A stretch of DNA of 64,000 bases from Candidatus Nezhaarchaeota archaeon WYZ-LMO8 (GCA_004347965.1 QNVF01000001.1:43724-107723); one strand, 5' to 3'. Counted from the first letter of the stretch, positions 20,717 to 29,863 are shown. Numbers and translations are program-made. Notes: generated by a model from the sequence alone, not told the origin.

Positions 20717-21604
20717 ATGATAATCGATTCCGAAACTCATCCCATAGGCATTAATAATAGAGGTGAGGTTATGAATTTCTGCGCAAAGCTTCTAATGTAC
20801 ATGGATCAACGTGGTGTGGACGCTGCTTGTGTTCTTCCAGCACCTGTAATGGGCTGCAATGTAGCGGGAAGAATAATTGAGCAAGCCACTAAAATAGCTC
20901 CTAAGAGATTAATCCCATGGTGCCGACTTTTTTACAGAGAGCCAGTTTTACCGAACCCTTGGACCTTATCTCCATCTCTGGAAGAAGAGAAGGAAAGAGC
21001 TCTAGAGGAACTAGAGGAAATGTTGAAAAGTGGAGTATTTAAGGGTGTAGGCGAACTTGATTTTACTGAAACTGGTTGCGAGGACCCACGTGACTCAGTA
21101 AAAATGTTTTATCCATTTATGGACATAGTAGCTAAGTTCAAGGTTCCTGTTCACTTTCACACGGGTTTTGGGAAAGGACCTTGGATGTACTATGATCCTA
21201 TGCTGTTTGACACTATAGCTGATAGATATCCTGAAATACCACTAATTATAGGTCACAGTGGAGGAATGTTGCCTCACTTTGGAGAGGTTTGCTTTGCATT
21301 AGCAGTGAGATATGATAATGTCTTTCTTCAGGTTGCAAACATTGACCTCATAATGTGTGAGTCCGGAAGAAGGCTCTTCAAAAAATTCATTAGAAAGGCC
21401 CTAAAGACCTTCAGAGTAGGCGCTGAAAAGCTGATTTTTGGATCTGATATTAGACCAAGCGAGTTAGTGGGAGATACACCAGAAGCGCGTAGGCGTGAAG
21501 GGGTAGCCAGCATGACAATCGAAGTCTTAAAAGAGGTTAAGATGAGTGAGCAAGAACTCTTACTTATTCTAGGCGACAACCTTAAGAAACTTCTGAAAAT
21601 ATGA
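20717..21604 (+). CDS. Amidohydrolase-2 family protein
   Basis: MIIDSETHP N-terminus and IIGHSGG motif. ATG at 20717 with GGTGGTTAGG upstream. Confidence 0.6.
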   Translation: MIIDSETHPIGINNRGEVMNFCAKLLMYMDQRGVDAACVLPAPVMGCNVAGRIIEQATKIAPKRLIPWCRLFYREPVLPNPWTLSPSLEEEKERALEELEEMLKSGVFKGVGELDFTETGCEDPRDSVKMFYPFMDIVAKFKVPVHFHTGFGKGPWMYYDPMLFDTIADRYPEIPLIIGHSGGMLPHFGEVCFALAVRYDNVFLQVANIDLIMCESGRRLFKKFIRKALKTFRVGAEKLIFGSDIRPSELVGDTPEARRREGVASMTIEVLKEVKMSEQELLLILGDNLKKLLKI

Positions 21605-22009
21605 TCTCACTTAAGCATATGCTTTAAAGCACTTACTTCTTTTGATCATTTTGATTTTAAAATAACCAAAGCCTATGTTTGAAAATATAGCATTATACTA
21701 GTCTACTAGTTATACTCCTTAGAGCTTGATGAGATCATAGTAATACCAGGACTATGCTAGTAATATCTTATAATCGGTTATTTTGTGAAGGAGGTTAAAA
21801 GTTAAAAATCATGAGCCGATTCTATTTAGATCTCTATTTTGAACTAAATGCCAGCTTTAAGGGTCACTGATAGGGCTTTTAAGCTTTAAATACTGTTATA
21901 ATTTGATAAACTTTTACAAAGTGAAGAGCTTCTGCAGGGCAATGGATGACGCATGCAGGAAGTAAACCTCTTTCCATTCTATGTATATATTGCGCACAAA
22001 GTATGCTCT

Positions 22010-22236
22010 CTTAGCGATGTCTTCTCATGGTTAAATGCTATTGCTGCAAAGGGGCATTTTTAATATAAGCTTTGCAACCGATGCATAGTTCCGGGTTTAT
22101 GTACGATCCCATTATCACGTTTTATTACAGCATTTGTTGGACATACTTTAGCGTAGGATGGATTACCACAACGCTTACACATAACGGGGATATAATTAAT
22201 GGTTAGTCGCTCACTGATATTGTAAGGTCTCTTCTC
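22010..22236 (-). pseudogene. Remnant of a 4Fe-4S ferredoxin-type iron-sulfur subunit of a molybdopterin oxidoreductase (DmsB/PsrB/FdhB-like), disrupted by a frameshift and stops
   Basis: Minus-strand translation gives ...IEVIEKRPYNISERLTINYIPVMCKRCGNPSYAKVCPTNAVIKRDNGIVHKPGT, then (+1 frame) LCIGCKAYIKNAPLQQ*. This follows the C-x2-C-x7-CP / GIV-x-C-IGC pattern of beta subunits. Stops flank it and no ORF of 60 aa or more survives in the 1.2-kb region. Confidence 0.45.
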
Positions 22237-22625
22237 AATAACCTCAATTCATTTAGGGCCAACCAGTTTTCTAATAATCATCTTCAATCCATGCTTAGTC
22301 CACTCCCTACGAGCTACCTGTTAATCTAGGCGATAGCGCACTTAATACCATGCCTAGTTGCATTAGCCGGATCAAAAGTAGCGTGCCGGAGGATCTTGCA
22401 TAGGTAGTTTGCGTGCTTCAGAACTCTCGCTGAAGATAGACTTAAACTCTCAAGGTGATTGATGAAGCCGAGTAGGAGCTGCTGTGAGACAGCTCTCTAA
22501 GCTTAATTCTAGGCTCTCTCAAGACTCTCAGCACATTATGGATATCCGCTTTTCACATTAAACCCTATACCTGAGACTTAAAAGGAAGAGACTATGTGTA
22601 GTACCCCCAGGACTAGGGGTACTGA

Positions 22626-22744
22626 TGCCGGGGGCGGGATTTTCGGGGTTTAACCCATTCGAACCCGCGATAACCGGACTCCATCTCTGGCCTCCCCTTT
22701 AGAGATTATGAGTCCGGCGCCCTAGGCCCCTAGGCGACCCCGGC
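22626..22744 (-). tRNA. tRNA(CAU), elongator Met or Ile2, with two introns: 27 nt at 38/39 (22679-22705) and 18 nt in the T-loop at 59/60 (22640-22657)
   Basis: Minus-strand RNA reads GCCGGGG-UC-GCCU-AGGGGCCUA-GGGC-G-CCGGA-CUCAUAA-[27-nt insert]-UCCGG-UUAUC-GCGGG-UUCGAA-[18-nt insert]-U-CCCGC-CCCCGGC-A. Acceptor, D, anticodon and T stems pair once the inserts are removed. The T-loop insert forms a canonical BHB (UUCG:CGAA 4-bp helix flanked by AAU bulges, inner GGGU:ACCC). No CCA encoded. Confidence 0.75.
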
Positions 22745-22791
22745 ACCTATTTTGCTTAGTCTTCTCAACCCCTTTAAAGTTTATCTAGCAA

Positions 22792-23496
22792 TCAACTATT
22801 AGTTAAGACCTCTAAGCCATCGGGTCTCCCAACGTAGACCACGTCAGCAATACCACAGAACAAGCCCACCTCAACTACACCAGGTATCCTTTTTATCTTT
22901 GATTCAAGCTCATGTGGATCATCTAGTGGCTTGAAGTGCACATCGATTATGAAGTTACCGTTGTCCGTTATGAGTGGCCCGTCCTTAAATCTTCCAGCTT
23001 CTCTAAGTTCAGGTTCTCCTCCAAGCTCCCTAAGCTTCTTCATTACGTAGTTGTAGGCGAAGGGTAGAACCTCGATTGGCACTGGCTTTGTTGAACAAAG
23101 TTTGTCGACGACCTTATCGTAACTAACTATGTAAACTCTTCTCAAAGCCATGTAGGCAACGACTTTTTCTCTAGCTAGAGCAGCTCCTCTTCCTTTAATC
23201 ATGTTAAGTTTTCGATCAACCTCATCGGCTCCATCAACTACTAGATCCACCTTATCCACAGTCTCTATCGGTAGGACTTCGAAGCCATACTTTAGAGCCA
23301 TCTGAATTGAGTGATACGACGTAGGGACTACCTTGATTCTCAAACCCTTTTTGATTTCGCTACTTAAAAGCTCTGCAAAGCGCTCCACGGTGGAGCCAGT
23401 CCCAAGTCCCAATACCATTTCATTTAACACTTCAGCCAAAGCGGCTCTAGCTGCTATTTCCTTACATTCCTCAATACTCAATTTTTTAACACCCAA
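22792..23496 (-). CDS. rpiA: Ribose-5-phosphate isomerase A
   Basis: GLGTGST phosphate-binding motif, DGADEVD, and typical ~230 aa length. Confidence 0.85.
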   Translation of the reverse strand: MGVKKLSIEECKEIAARAALAEVLNEMVLGLGTGSTVERFAELLSSEIKKGLRIKVVPTSYHSIQMALKYGFEVLPIETVDKVDLVVDGADEVDRKLNMIKGRGAALAREKVVAYMALRRVYIVSYDKVVDKLCSTKPVPIEVLPFAYNYVMKKLRELGGEPELREAGRFKDGPLITDNGNFIIDVHFKPLDDPHELESKIKRIPGVVEVGLFCGIADVVYVGRPDGLEVLTNS

Positions 23497-23590
23497 CCTT
23501 CTAGTAATCGATTAATGCCCTCATAGCCTTAAATCGTTAATGGTGTAGCATCCTCAATAAGCTATTTTTTCTATTGATAGTGTATAAAAA

Positions 23591-25024
23591 GTGAGGTTTA
23601 TGAGCTTAACGTCACTAGATCCATTATTTAATCCGAGAACAATCGCTCTAATAGGAGCCTCAGAAGATAAACTGAAGTCTGGAGGAATGTTCTTAGAGAG
23701 CTTTATTCGATGTGGTTTAAAAAGCAAGCTCTTTCTGGTTAATCCGAAGGGCGGTGAGATACGAGGCTTAAAGGTTTACAAGAGCGTACTCGAGATACCT
23801 GAAGAAATAGACTTAGCGATATCAGCCGTACCTTCTCACGTTACATTGAGAGTTGTTGAAGACTGCTCTAAGAAGAGGGTTAAGTTCGTTATAGTTCACG
23901 CTGCTGGATTTAGAGAAGTAGGCGAAGAAGGTAGGCGCGTAGAGGAAGAGATCGTTAGGACAGCACGTAAGCAGGGTACACGCGTTGTGGGTCCAAACTG
24001 TATGGGCATTTATCGGCCAGCTCTAGGGCTAAACACGATACTACCTTACGTTAAAGATTTAACCGAGGAGAGTGGAGATGTCGCGGTCATCTCTCAAAGT
24101 GGATGGGTTTGCGAGTACATAATATTCGTAGGCTATCAACTAGGGTTGCGTTTCAGCAAAGTGCTAAGCATTGGAAATCAATCCGACTTGACATTCGTTG
24201 AGATCCTCGATTACCTAGCTTCAGACTCAGAGACTAAGATAATCTCCGCGTACATCGAGAGTACGAAGGATGGAAGGAGCTTCATGAAGGCGGCGAGAGA
24301 GGTTACTAGGAGCAAGCCAGTAATCATCTGGAAACCAGGTAAAACAGAGACTGCGATGAGAGCTATTCTATCTCATACCGGGTCGTTAGCTGGAAGCTAC
24401 GCGATTTACGAAGCTGCATTCAAGCAGTGTGGAGTAATTCCTGCTTGCGGAGTTGAAGAGCTGCTTGACTTCACAGTAGCCTTCAAATCTCGCTACCTGC
24501 CTGAAGGAAATAGAGTCGGAATAATAGTTGGAGCTGGAGGAGCTGGCGTCGCAGCTTCAGATGCCTGTGAGTCTCTAGGCCTAAAAGTTGAGAAGTTACC
24601 AGAGGGGGTTACATCAGAAATAAGAGACTTGCTTAGAGGGCTGGTCCCACCATCTTCTGGCTTATCTAATCCTATTGATCTAGTTTGGCCCCCTCTAGGA
24701 CAAGCCTCCACAATTCACACGCAGATAATTGAAATAACATCAAAGTTCGTCGATGCCTACATAATAATGGATTACGAACCCTTCGCTGTGATATCACGAG
24801 AGGTATTTGGAGATCAATACCGCAAAGCCATACTCAAGACCATGGAGAAAGTTAGGAAGCCAATAATATTCATCCCGCCACATCCAACAAGGGACTTAGA
24901 TGTTAGCTCTTGGATTAAGAGTGGATTACCAGTGTACCCAACACCGGAAAGAGCTGCAAAGGCCCTCTCAGTTCTACTTCAATATTCTAAACACATCAAA
25001 TCTCAAACATCAAAGTCTCAATAA
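23591..25024 (+). CDS. ADP-forming acyl-CoA synthetase (acetate--CoA ligase [ADP-forming]) alpha-subunit-like protein
   Basis: N-terminal CoA-binding domain (IALIGASEDKLKSGG) followed by a succinyl-CoA-synthetase-like flavodoxin domain. No beta subunit adjacent. Confidence 0.75.
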   Translation: MRFMSLTSLDPLFNPRTIALIGASEDKLKSGGMFLESFIRCGLKSKLFLVNPKGGEIRGLKVYKSVLEIPEEIDLAISAVPSHVTLRVVEDCSKKRVKFVIVHAAGFREVGEEGRRVEEEIVRTARKQGTRVVGPNCMGIYRPALGLNTILPYVKDLTEESGDVAVISQSGWVCEYIIFVGYQLGLRFSKVLSIGNQSDLTFVEILDYLASDSETKIISAYIESTKDGRSFMKAAREVTRSKPVIIWKPGKTETAMRAILSHTGSLAGSYAIYEAAFKQCGVIPACGVEELLDFTVAFKSRYLPEGNRVGIIVGAGGAGVAASDACESLGLKVEKLPEGVTSEIRDLLRGLVPPSSGLSNPIDLVWPPLGQASTIHTQIIEITSKFVDAYIIMDYEPFAVISREVFGDQYRKAILKTMEKVRKPIIFIPPHPTRDLDVSSWIKSGLPVYPTPERAAKALSVLLQYSKHIKSQTSKSQ

Positions 25025-25323
25025 GCAGTTGACCCCAATAGCTCCTCACATCAATTGATAGCTCACATTACGTAATCGAGGATCTGAGAGAAAATAGCAT
25101 GCTTAGAGCCAAAAGCACACTTTTACGTATGGATTCGCCCTCTTCTTCAATAAGGCATTTCTTCGTTGTGTTGTAGGGCAATAAGCCATCTTGACCCACG
25201 ATAGAGATAATTGACGGATGATAATTAAAAGATTAAGGAACGCTAAAGGATTACTAGGGGCTGATTAACGCTTTTTAAGATCGCAAATTCATGAACGTTA
25301 TCTACCGTTTCCACCTTAAATGA

Positions 25324-26775
25324 CTATAGTATCGGTGTTATCTTAATTTCTGATCCCTCCTCATCCGTGTGTAGTTCGATGTTTAGTAGCGGCGTTCTTG
25401 GCTTTATTCCTTGTAGGATTATTGCACCGCATATCTCTCTAACGACTAGGTATATGTCGGCTAAGGCCCTCAGGTGCTCTGCTATGGCGCACCCAGGTCT
25501 GACGAGGTTAAGCCTTACATCACCGAAGTTCCTTGTCTTCGCTAGGTCCTCGCCAATAACTTTTAGCAGCTCATCCTTGCCGTATATGTATTCTAGTGTG
25601 TCGAAGCCGACGATTGAGAAGACTGGCTTATCTCTCTGTCGTCTGAGCTCTGAGATTGCATTCCAGAAACATATCATGTCCTCCCTTATGGACCTACCTT
25701 CAAACAGTACTACGTATGGCTCAACAAGCTCTACAGCAGTGGCCTTAAAATCAACAATCTTGAGGTTGTGCTTTAAAGCGTCTTCATAGACGTATGGCTC
25801 TAGAGACCTCCAAACGGTTAAGGCGCTTAAACCTTGAGGTGGGAGGATTATGACTTGTCCTCCCTGGTTCAGAACATTTGAAACGGTCACTCGAAAGAGA
25901 CGCTCCGGTGTTAGCGATACATTCCTCTCAAACTCCAGTAGATTGTAGCACCCTCTCCTAAACACTGTGCCGATCATAGCGTCTAGGTCTCGGATACCTG
26001 AAGAATAATGCTCTTTGTTGTGTGGAACGAGCTTAAATCTCTTCGTTGGCTCTGGAAGCCCACCCATGATTAGCGGCCTGAAAACCTTGAAGCCACCCTT
26101 TAATGTGAAAGCCAATCGTGGCTGCCGTACCTCCGTTCCACGAGCCTTAAGTATGTTCAGGCATCTTAGGAGTGCCCCATCAACCTCAGTCTTAGAGAGG
26201 TGAATTATGTGGTCTGATAGGAATTCTGTTGGCTCATAGGTTTCCTCAGCCTTCATCTTCTCAATTATTATTACTGTTGTGCAGCCCATCTCCCTAACAA
26301 TTTTGCTCAAGACGGTATGAACGAGTATGCGAGCGTCATACGATTTCTCTATAACCTGCAATATGGCTGAGAAAGAGTCTATAACGAGTATGTCTGCTCC
26401 CATATCAGCAATTTCACTCAGAATTTGCTCAATAATAGCTGGGATGCCTATCTCCTTAAGTGTAATCATTTCTAGAAATCTAAACTTTCCAGCGCGTTCA
26501 AGTTTCTCGAAATTCAAGCCTAAACCACGCATATTCTCAATAAAGTTCTTTCGTCCCTCAACGAAACTGACATACAAGCCTTTCAAACCAAGCTTCTCAA
26601 TATTATTGTAAACCCAGTTTGCTGCAAAAATGGTCTTACCAGAACCTGGAGGACCAGTAACTGCTACTAGGCTGCCAGCTGGAAAGCCACCACCAACAAC
26701 CTCATCTAAGACGCTTGCCCCCGTGGGAACCTTATTAATATTGTCCTTCACCGCGCCTACCCCTATACATCTCAA
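25324..26775 (-). CDS. KaiC-like RecA-superfamily ATPase with a tandem, C-terminally degenerate second domain
   Basis: Walker A GPPGSGKTIFA and Walker B ILVIDS in the N-terminal half. The second half is KaiC-like but has a degenerate P-loop. Confidence 0.75.
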   Translation of the reverse strand: MRCIGVGAVKDNINKVPTGASVLDEVVGGGFPAGSLVAVTGPPGSGKTIFAANWVYNNIEKLGLKGLYVSFVEGRKNFIENMRGLGLNFEKLERAGKFRFLEMITLKEIGIPAIIEQILSEIADMGADILVIDSFSAILQVIEKSYDARILVHTVLSKIVREMGCTTVIIIEKMKAEETYEPTEFLSDHIIHLSKTEVDGALLRCLNILKARGTEVRQPRLAFTLKGGFKVFRPLIMGGLPEPTKRFKLVPHNKEHYSSGIRDLDAMIGTVFRRGCYNLLEFERNVSLTPERLFRVTVSNVLNQGGQVIILPPQGLSALTVWRSLEPYVYEDALKHNLKIVDFKATAVELVEPYVVLFEGRSIREDMICFWNAISELRRQRDKPVFSIVGFDTLEYIYGKDELLKVIGEDLAKTRNFGDVRLNLVRPGCAIAEHLRALADIYLVVREICGAIILQGIKPRTPLLNIELHTDEEGSEIKITPIL

Positions 26776-27118
26776 CTATTTTCGTTATTAATGAACGTAG
26801 CTCTTCAATTGAGTGCTGATCGTCGGCACACATAAGCTCGAGGAAGCGTTCGGGGCTTATGTTTAATCCGAGCTCGCTATTTATTCTCGACACCAAAAGT
26901 TTAATTAGAATTTTAGCACCAACACCAAAGACCTTCTCTAGCTCGCGATAAAAGGATTTAGGGTCATCCCAAAGCACCTCAAACGAGTCTCGACCCAAAC
27001 TCCTATGCATATAGAACAAGGTGGCTTCACAAGCAGAGTCGCCAAGCAAAGAATAGAGTATCAGCTTACAGACCTCGCGAAAAGCCTTGGTTGCAGCAGA
27101 ATGATCTGGCATTGACAT
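26735..27118 (-). CDS. Hypothetical protein, overlaps the KaiC-like start by 41 nt (probable co-transcribed partner)
   Basis: 127-aa ORF with no recognised domain. 41-nt overlap with the downstream KaiC-like gene. Putative TATA element 30-40 nt upstream. Confidence 0.45.
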   Translation of the reverse strand: MSMPDHSAATKAFREVCKLILYSLLGDSACEATLFYMHRSLGRDSFEVLWDDPKSFYRELEKVFGVGAKILIKLLVSRINSELGLNISPERFLELMCADDQHSIEELRSLITKIVEMYRGRRGEGQY

Positions 27119-27149
27119 GATACTCTAACAAAAGATATGTAGTCCTAGC

Positions 27150-27162
27150 ATATATATAGTCA
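27150..27162 (-). promoter_or_regulatory. Putative archaeal TATA box (TATATATA) for the 26735-27118 / KaiC-like operon, consistent with a leaderless transcript
   Basis: TATATATAG on the coding (minus) strand about 32-44 nt upstream of the ATG at 27118. Confidence 0.3.
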
Positions 27163-27419
27163 ACTAAAAATTATTGTCCTGTAGTTCACAACTCAAATCG
27201 AATGAGGTGCGTCTTTGGGGTTGTTCTATCTAACTAATAGTACCTAAAATAAAAAACGCTTGAATATGCAATACCATTATTCATTTAATAACTTAGTGGA
27301 GAATCCTCGTTTTGTCATCTAGCCTATACTCGAAAGTGTCAAAGTGATGTCATGATGAAGTCACGTATGTCGATCTAGACTTAAAATAGGAGGTATAAGA
27401 AGCTTGAACTCGAAGAGAC

Positions 27420-27509
27420 TGGAGCCCCGGGCGGGATTTGAACCCGCGACCCCTGCCTATTTGTCCAGAATACCAAGGCAGTGCTCTAACCAGACTGAGC
27501 TACCGGGGC
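27420..27509 (-). tRNA. tRNA-Thr(GGU) with a 12-nt anticodon-loop intron; CCA encoded
   Basis: GCCCCGG-UA-GCUC-AGUCUGGUUA-GAGC-A-CUGCC-UUGGUA-[UUCUGGACAAAU]-A-GGCAG-GGGUC-GCGGG-UUCAAAU-CCCGC-CCGGGGC-U-CCA. Confidence 0.9.
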
Positions 27510-27682
27510 TTGGCTGACTTAAGCATAAAAGTCTAAACAAGTTTAAACTTTTCTCGAACAGATATTAGCTTAGACCTTGATGGTTAACTACTTAACCACG
27601 AGTTTCTTTTCATGTCGACGAGCTTCACAGATGGAGTTACCGTCTCACAAAAGCCTTCTTTTTAGTCCATTTGTCTTCGAGT

Positions 27683-28147
27683 CTACTTCAACCTCTTCAA
27701 CTCTCTTATTAACCTCTTTAACCTATGAGACTGGTACAGTCCAATTACTACAAAAATTGATGTGAAGATTAAGCCTAGAGGCAATAACATTAAAGCTTGT
27801 GGGTACATCGCGATAAGAATGAGTAGAAACACTAAGTAAGCAATGGCACCCAAAAATCCTCTAGCAATGATTCTATTGCCAATCTTAGCGTAGTGTTTAA
27901 AGATGAAGTTTACGGCCTCAGCAATTAGTCTAGGTACGTAATACTTGTCGCCTTGTTTGTCCACTACGCCAAGTCTCCTTAGCTCTGTGAGACATCTATT
28001 TATTACAGCCTTATTGGAGAAGCCACTAAAGTATCTAATTTCCTCGATCGTGTACCCGCTAATCCTCTTGTTCAAGTAGAAGAAGAGTCTCAGCGCTTCT
28101 CCTCTAAGCTCTCTCCTTATCTTGACTAGGTCCAAGCCCTCCTTCAT
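27683..28147 (-). CDS. Winged-helix (wHTH) DNA-binding domain protein with a C-terminal transmembrane helix
   Basis: Central wHTH-like region (YTIEEIRYFSGFSNKAVINRCLTELRRLGVVDKQGDKYY) and a C-terminal hydrophobic helix. Confidence 0.45.
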   Translation of the reverse strand: MKEGLDLVKIRRELRGEALRLFFYLNKRISGYTIEEIRYFSGFSNKAVINRCLTELRRLGVVDKQGDKYYVPRLIAEAVNFIFKHYAKIGNRIIARGFLGAIAYLVFLLILIAMYPQALMLLPLGLIFTSIFVVIGLYQSHRLKRLIRELKRLK

Positions 28148-28215
28148 GACAAGCCCTCAAGCGCAGTAGACATATATCCTACAATTAACGCTTAGATGTC
28201 GAGAAGGGATTAAAG

Positions 28216-29094
28216 TTGTCTTTCATACCGGCACCAGATGATTTCGTCGAGCTTGCCATTAAAGTAAGAGATTTATTGAAAGAGGAAAGGATGAAGGTGG
28301 ACGTTGGAAAATACGAATCTCATGGTTCTCTAGCTAAAATAAAGAGCGAAGTAAATAGGCTAATCATAGTTGGCGACATACATGGTGATTACGAGAGCTT
28401 AATCACCATACTTTCAAGCATAGACTTAAGCCAAGCTATCTTGGTTTTTCTCGGAGACTACATCGATAGAGGTGACCAATCACCTCACGTGGTCTACGAG
28501 GTCCTTAACGTTAAACTTAGAAATCCATCATCGGTAATCCTATTAATGGGCAATCATGAAGGTCCTCCTGAACTACCAGTGTATCCACACGACTTTCCAA
28601 TGCACCTTAGTCTCCTCTACGGATCCTCATGGAAGAGAGTTTACCACCCAATCATGGATTGTCTCAGTCAATTTTATGCGTGCTCTCTTCTTGAGTACTC
28701 AATCTTCATGGTTCACGGAGGAGTTCCTACTCGCACAGTAACATTAGACTCACTAGCCAACGCGCACCAAGACATAGAGCTCTTAGAGGAGCTTTTATGG
28801 AATGACCCCATGCCATTTAAGGGCATAAAGGCATCACCAAGAGGGGCAGGAAACCTCTTTGGTCCTGACGTGACTGAGAGGTTTTTGAAGTCATTGAACG
28901 TCAAGGTGGTGATCAGGTCCCACGAACCCTGTGAAGAAGGCTACGAGGTACACCATAACGGTAAATTAATGACAATATTCTCTAGAAAGGGTCCTCCTTA
29001 CTTTAATACTCTTGCAGCCTACTTGGATATAAGAGACCCTAAGAACATCACTAGCACACATCAATTAGCTAAAGAGTACGTGAGAACGTTTTAG
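28216..29094 (+). CDS. PPP-family serine/threonine protein phosphatase (calcineurin-like metallophosphoesterase)
   Basis: GDIHGD, GDYIDRG, GNHE and HGG motifs of PP1/PP2A-type phosphatases. Confidence 0.8.
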   Translation: MSFIPAPDDFVELAIKVRDLLKEERMKVDVGKYESHGSLAKIKSEVNRLIIVGDIHGDYESLITILSSIDLSQAILVFLGDYIDRGDQSPHVVYEVLNVKLRNPSSVILLMGNHEGPPELPVYPHDFPMHLSLLYGSSWKRVYHPIMDCLSQFYACSLLEYSIFMVHGGVPTRTVTLDSLANAHQDIELLEELLWNDPMPFKGIKASPRGAGNLFGPDVTERFLKSLNVKVVIRSHEPCEEGYEVHHNGKLMTIFSRKGPPYFNTLAAYLDIRDPKNITSTHQLAKEYVRTF

Positions 29095-29131
29095 CCATGA
29101 TCCCATAATATTATGCACATGAAGTTGAATC

Positions 29132-29863
29132 TTAGAGAGTGACTTTAGTGAATCTAAAGAAGCCCCTGAAGTTGCTTTCTATGATAGCTTTCAACTCCTG
29201 AAGTTTAAGACCCCTAACATTAGCTAAGACTTCAAGAACCTTGGGTATGAGCTTTGGAGTCAAGTTGAGACCCCTATACTCATAGGGAGCGTCGCTCTCA
29301 ATCAACACGCGCCTTAAGTCTACCTCCATTGCCACTACCATGTGTTTTTTCTGAACCTTCAGGGCAGGGTTTATCGATATGAAGTACCCCTTACCTGTCA
29401 ACTCCTCTAGTAGATCAATTGGTCCCGTGTACCAGTGGAGCATTGCTCTCTCCACATCTCTCTTTACAAGCTCCTCGTAGACCTCACGCCAGGCACCTGC
29501 TGCATGTAAATTCATTGGAACGTCGTGCTCCACTGCAATCCTTACAAACTCCTTAAAGAACTTCAGCTGCCTATCAAAGGTTTGAGGTACAAACTTCCTA
29601 TCAAGACCTACCTCTCCTAGAGCGCATAGATTAGTTGTGGACACTAGCTTCTCCACCTCGTTAATGCAGCTCATTGCAATCTTATCAACGATCCAAGGGT
29701 GTACTCCGATGCATGGCACTATGTTATCCAGTTTTTCTGCGATCCTCAAAGTCTTCTTGGAGGTTTCTAGGTCATCTGATACTGCTGCTATCACGTAATC
29801 CTTAAACTCCCCAATCTCTCTCTCACTAAACTCATGAAGATGACAATGAGCATCAAAGTACAT
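29132..29863 (-). CDS. tatD: TatD-family metal-dependent hydrolase/DNase
   Basis: MYFDAHCHLHEF N-terminus and TIM-barrel TatD motifs. Confidence 0.85.
   Translation of the reverse strand: MYFDAHCHLHEFSEREIGEFKDYVIAAVSDDLETSKKTLRIAEKLDNIVPCIGVHPWIVDKIAMSCINEVEKLVSTTNLCALGEVGLDRKFVPQTFDRQLKFFKEFVRIAVEHDVPMNLHAAGAWREVYEELVKRDVERAMLHWYTGPIDLLEELTGKGYFISINPALKVQKKHMVVAMEVDLRRVLIESDAPYEYRGLNLTPKLIPKVLEVLANVRGLKLQELKAIIESNFRGFFRFTKVTL

Noticed and set aside
22600-22760. GC-rich structured block considered as a reduced RNase P RNA or SRP RNA
   Set aside because: No P4 (AGGAAAGUCCGGGC / ACAGAAA) or SRP helix-8 (GGAAGG-AGCAGC) consensus. On the minus strand the block resolves fully into a tRNA with acceptor, D, anticodon and T stems plus two introns.
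25205-25262. Possible C/D box sRNA (GGAUGAUAA ... GGCUGAUU)
   Set aside because: The C box is imperfect (UGAUAA, not UGAUGA), and no C'/D' boxes or terminal stem were found.
27330-27380. AUGAUGA/GUGAUGU motifs resembling C boxes downstream of tRNA-Thr
   Set aside because: No matching D box (CUGA) at the proper distance on the same strand.
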